A program made the translations under genes and the position numbers. Below the pieces are notes generated by a model, which did not search any database, was not told where the DNA came from, and saw only the letters and a list, made by a program, of their open reading frames with translations. From contig DAIDIZ010000002.1 in NCBI GenBank assembly GCA_027451585.1, positions 1-56,011 on the forward strand: DNA of 56,011 bases. Direction: 5' to 3'. Position 1 is the stretch's first letter. Every line of letters starts with the position of its first letter. The stretch comes from Chlamydiota bacterium. GTDB taxonomy: Bacteria; Chlamydiota; Chlamydiia; Chlamydiales; SM23-39. Shown here piece by piece: positions 52,501 to 56,011 of the stretch.

Positions 52501-52724
52501 CTCGATTTTTGGATTGGCGGGGTAGATGGGGAAAAGGGCTTATACCATTTGCGCGCGCCTGGACGCTTCATCTTATCTGAATCTAGACAATACCGCCTTA
52601 ACCTCGACTTTCGGACTCCTAACTCTAGAGGTAGTGTGAAGCTTGCTTTGAGAGAAGAGGCGCGAACAGGGAACAATTCCCTCACGGGATTTTTCACAGC
52701 CTCCGATGGATAGACAATTCGACC

Positions 52725-54353
52725 TTATTTCTGCTCAAGCTCAGAAATCTTATTTTCGATCTCTTCAATAGCCGCGTTGGTCTTATCCAAACGCTCTTTT
52801 TCTTGGTCAAGAAGTTCTCTTAATTGGAACCCTTTTTCAAAATCCAAACTAGAAGAACCGAGGGTTTTTCGATAGCCATCGACAAGTTCTTTAATTTCCT
52901 GACGTCGCTGCTTTTTTTGTTGGAGAACAAGGCGATAATTATCCAAAATCTTCCGATCATCATCACTCAAATTCATCAGAGAGTGCTCTTTTCGGTCGGC
53001 AATAAGATCTTTGAGAGGGCGAAGCTGCCTTTCGAGCTGCTGCTTTTCGACTTTTGACGCATCGAGAGTCTGGATCATCAATTCGAGATCTTTGAAGCGA
53101 GCAAGCAAGAACTCGAGCTCATGCTGTCCCCCTTTCTGTACAAGATCTGCCATCTCTTCTTTGATTTGGGCCAGTTTTTCTCTCTTTAGGCGAAGCTTTT
53201 CTTGCTCAACTAGTTCAAGTTCTTGCGCTTTTTTCTCCTGCGCTGCGATGTGAGGGAGCCGAAGCTCAGACAGCGCATCTCTTAAGGAACGAACATCATC
53301 TCGATCGAGATAGACAGCCCTCATTTCAGCTACAATTTGATCAATTTCTCGGTCTAAATCGCGCAGAGACATCGCTCCAGAGTTCTGCTTTAATTCCTCA
53401 ATTTTGGCCCGGATGGCGCCCGAAGTATCAGAAGAAGCTTGTTTCTTTTCAAGAACAGCCTTTTTATGTTCTTTTTCGAGCACTTTTACCTTATCCCAAC
53501 ATTCGCTCATCAAAAGCCTTGTCCGACTGAAGACTGCGCTGCTTAATGTGAGAAGTTTTGCAAAAGACTGCAAAGACTTAATCTCTTCACGCAAAGCATA
53601 ATAAGGAGCGCCTACCACTTGATCCCCTTGAAAATAACGAGAAACAAAATCGGAGACATCTTTCTCAAACTCGGAGCTCACTTTATCGATCATCCCTTTT
53701 CTTTTTGGGAAAATTTGATCACCAATTTCAGAGAGGCGTTTAAAAAACTTGGTCTTAAATCGGATACGCATGTCTGTCTTGATGACTTCTTTGCGCAGCC
53801 CATTGAGCCTGCTAGCAAAAGCATTCAAAAGAGTTAGTTCTTGTTGGAGTTTCTGATAAGCACCGATCTTGGGATAAAGCGATCTTGGAACCTCAGGCCA
53901 ATCAAGCTGGGACCCATGAGATAAAAGATCTTGAAAACCAGAGAGATCTTTTTCTATTGCCTGAATAGCCAGATCGATTTGTTCGGTTGCAAAAGCACTC
54001 TGCTCCTCCAAAATCTCCTTGAGTCGTCGAGCCTCCACAGTGAGTTCGACATACTCCCCCCATAACTTGGGACGAACCGCTCCATTCACATTCTCTTTAA
54101 AAACAGGCAACACAAGACGTCGAGACTCCCAAAATTCTCTGAACCTAGGACTCCCTTCTTGAGAAATGGCACCTTTCATAAAGGCAAGTCCACAAGCGAT
54201 CCTCTCCTCGGGAGTCGGCAACTCTTGAAATTTCCGAGAAAACTCAATAAATGCCTGACTCCACCGGGAAGACTCCTCTCCTCTTTCCTCCGCTTTCTCT
54301 GTTGAAATGGGGTGTTGATGTTGAGTTGTTTCAGAAAGATCGGAGAAATCCAT
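52725..54353 (-). CDS. Hypothetical long coiled-coil protein
   Basis: 542 aa with an acidic N-terminus. The C-terminal ~250 aa are rich in E, K, L and Q with heptad character. No catalytic motif recognised. Confidence 0.65.
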   Translation of the reverse strand: MDFSDLSETTQHQHPISTEKAEERGEESSRWSQAFIEFSRKFQELPTPEERIACGLAFMKGAISQEGSPRFREFWESRRLVLPVFKENVNGAVRPKLWGEYVELTVEARRLKEILEEQSAFATEQIDLAIQAIEKDLSGFQDLLSHGSQLDWPEVPRSLYPKIGAYQKLQQELTLLNAFASRLNGLRKEVIKTDMRIRFKTKFFKRLSEIGDQIFPKRKGMIDKVSSEFEKDVSDFVSRYFQGDQVVGAPYYALREEIKSLQSFAKLLTLSSAVFSRTRLLMSECWDKVKVLEKEHKKAVLEKKQASSDTSGAIRAKIEELKQNSGAMSLRDLDREIDQIVAEMRAVYLDRDDVRSLRDALSELRLPHIAAQEKKAQELELVEQEKLRLKREKLAQIKEEMADLVQKGGQHELEFLLARFKDLELMIQTLDASKVEKQQLERQLRPLKDLIADRKEHSLMNLSDDDRKILDNYRLVLQQKKQRRQEIKELVDGYRKTLGSSSLDFEKGFQLRELLDQEKERLDKTNAAIEEIENKISELEQK

Positions 54354-54492
54354 ATTGGTTTGCCTAATTTGATACGTGTAAAAAGATCCCTAGAAGTTTA
54401 CCAAAGAGACTCTTTTTATACAAGAAGTTGAATTCAATCTCTGCTTGGACTATTGTACTTCTCATCGCTTTCCCGTTTTAGGAGACTCTTAT

Positions 54493-54723
54493 ATGGAAGA
54501 ATTTGTTGCTTATCTGATCAAGAACATGGTGAATATCCCTGAGCAAGTCGACATCCGATCTGTCGAAAGTCAAGCCGGCGTTTTAATTGAAATCCGGGTT
54601 GCTCCAGAGGATGTGGGAAAAGTCGTCGGCCGCAAAGGAAATGTGATCCGTTCCTTAAGAACCTTGGCGATGTCTATTGGGGCCCGTTTAGGGCAAAGAA
54701 TCCATCTAGAAATCATTCAGTGA
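54493..54723 (+). CDS. KH-domain RNA-binding protein (UPF0109/YlqC-like)
   Basis: VGKVVGRKGNVIRSLRTL is the GxxG KH loop. AGGAG lies upstream of the ATG at 54493. Confidence 0.8.
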   Translation: MEEFVAYLIKNMVNIPEQVDIRSVESQAGVLIEIRVAPEDVGKVVGRKGNVIRSLRTLAMSIGARLGQRIHLEIIQ

Positions 54724-54740
54724 AGGATACTCTCAAGAGT

Positions 54741-55745
54741 ATGCCAAAGACCCTCCCTCTCTTCGAAGCGAAACCTCTTCAAAAAAAGGTTTTCGTCCCA
54801 CCCCCTAAAAAAAGAATTCTTGTGATCTCGGGGCCCACCGCCTGCGGGAAAACAGAAATTTCAATTGCTCTTGCTCAAGCGATTGGGGGGGAGGTAATTT
54901 CTGCCGATTCGTGCCAAGTCTACAGAGGCATGGACATCGGGACGGCGAAAGCAGCTCCAGAGCAAAGAGGGCTTATCACTCACCATCTGATCGACATCCG
55001 AGATATTCACGATCCCTTCAATGTAGCAGAGTTTGCAAAGCTAGCCAAAGCCACCATTGAAGAGATCTTGCAGAGAGAAAATGTCCCGATCGTTGTGGGG
55101 GGATCGGGCTTTTATATCCACGCACTCCTCTACGGAGCCCCAATGGGACCTCCTTCCAATCCCAAGGTTCGAAAACAAATCGAAAAACAGCTGGAGAATC
55201 TTGGATCCGAAGCTCTCTACGAAAGACTGCAAATGATCGATCCCGAATATGCGGCCACCATTGGAGAAAAAGATCGACACAAGATCGTTCGAGCGCTCGA
55301 AATCATCGCCCTTTCAGAAAAAAAAGTGAGCGAGTTTCCGAAACCAGAAAGCCTCAATCAGCAGGACTACGATTTCCGGTGTTGGTTTCTTTATTACCCA
55401 AGAGAGATTCTCTATGAGAGAATTGAAACGCGCTGTGATGAGATGCTCGAAGCGGGATTCCTCGATGAAGTCCGCTCACTTCTTGAGAAGGGGCTAAAAA
55501 ACAACACTTCCGCCGCCCAAGCCATTGGCTACCGACAAGCGATTGCCTTTCTTGAATCGAAGCAAACTGAAGAAGACCTTACGCAATTCAAAGCAGAGTT
55601 CAAAAGAGCTACCCGCCAGTTCTCTAAAAGACAATTCACTTGGTTTCGGAAAGAACCTCTTTTTCGTTGGCTCGATATGAACCAATATCCGAAAGAAGGA
55701 ATGAAAGAGCTCATTCTCCAAGATTTCGAACAGGGATTTCCTTGA
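54741..55745 (+). CDS. miaA: tRNA dimethylallyltransferase
   Basis: ISGPTACGKT is the P-loop. SADSCQVYRGMDIGTAK and HHLIDI are also present. The start is uncertain (GTG 54720 or ATG 54741). Confidence 0.92.
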   Translation: MPKTLPLFEAKPLQKKVFVPPPKKRILVISGPTACGKTEISIALAQAIGGEVISADSCQVYRGMDIGTAKAAPEQRGLITHHLIDIRDIHDPFNVAEFAKLAKATIEEILQRENVPIVVGGSGFYIHALLYGAPMGPPSNPKVRKQIEKQLENLGSEALYERLQMIDPEYAATIGEKDRHKIVRALEIIALSEKKVSEFPKPESLNQQDYDFRCWFLYYPREILYERIETRCDEMLEAGFLDEVRSLLEKGLKNNTSAAQAIGYRQAIAFLESKQTEEDLTQFKAEFKRATRQFSKRQFTWFRKEPLFRWLDMNQYPKEGMKELILQDFEQGFP

Positions 55746-55778
55746 AGCTGCTCGTTCAAAAAATGTACAAAATCAAGT

Positions 55779-56011
55779 GGCGTTGTTGCATAAATAGCTT
55801 AGGATAAGGTTTTTTCTTGTTCTCAAGTCACCGAATCTTTAAATTTTTTGTTATCAAGCAAAAAAACGTAATTATTCAGTGTTTTGTCGTAGAGCTAAAG
55901 ACCTTCAGATTCCATTGAGAAAATTCCTAAAGCCTGGAGAGAAACTCAATGTGATATTTGACTCGACAGGAGTTAAAGTTTACGGCGAGGGAGAGTGGAA
56001 GGTCAGGAAGC
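55779..56011 (+). mobile_element. Second copy of the IS5-family element (partial; runs off the right edge) with a 312 bp internal deletion
   Basis: 55779-55870 aligns to the reverse complement of 473-383, with a few mismatches and one T indel. 55871-55940 equals the reverse complement of 70-1 exactly. The segment equivalent to 71-382, which includes the ATG, is missing. Confidence 0.85.
55871..56011 (+). pseudogene. 5'-deleted IS5-family transposase gene fragment
   Basis: It reads ...YSVFCRRAKDLQIPLRKFLKPGEKLNVIFDSTGVKVYGEGEWKVRK, which contains the DSTG DDE block. The start codon and about 101 N-terminal codons are absent relative to the left copy. Confidence 0.7.

Noticed and set aside
52501-52724. 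224 bp spacer between sufE and the coiled-coil gene, with a gggaa-caa-ttccc hairpin followed by a T run; considered as an ncRNA gene
   Set aside because: I could not recognise SRP (4.5S), 6S, tmRNA or RNase P signature motifs. It is most simply the two 3' UTRs of convergent genes. An Rfam scan would settle it.

Overview
The gene content and order look like a Chlamydiota chromosome segment, probably an environmental (non-Chlamydiaceae) lineage of roughly mid-40s % GC by eye. From memory, the order matches two Chlamydia trachomatis blocks: recR-bamA-skp-lpxD, and pknD-valS-V-type ATPase-tal-rpoC/rpoB-rplLJAK-nusG-secE-tRNA-Trp-tuf-tRNA-Thr-infA. A SWIB-domain protein is also typical of the phylum. 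Both window edges lie inside copies of one IS5-family element, in inverted orientation, with their transposase-proximal ends facing the roughly 55.3 kb interior. The right copy has a 312 bp internal deletion. Lineage-specific genes sit between the conserved blocks. They include two paralogous LtaS/sulfatase-like membrane proteins flanking a thioredoxin reductase-thioredoxin fusion with a possible signal peptide. There is also a TagD-like cytidylyltransferase + PhyH dioxygenase + LicD group, an ATAD3-like membrane AAA ATPase, and several effector-like proteins, one with an HQxxH...ExxAD zincin-like motif. No rRNA, CRISPR array or recognisable defence system was seen. All homology calls come from motif recognition by eye; no searches were run.
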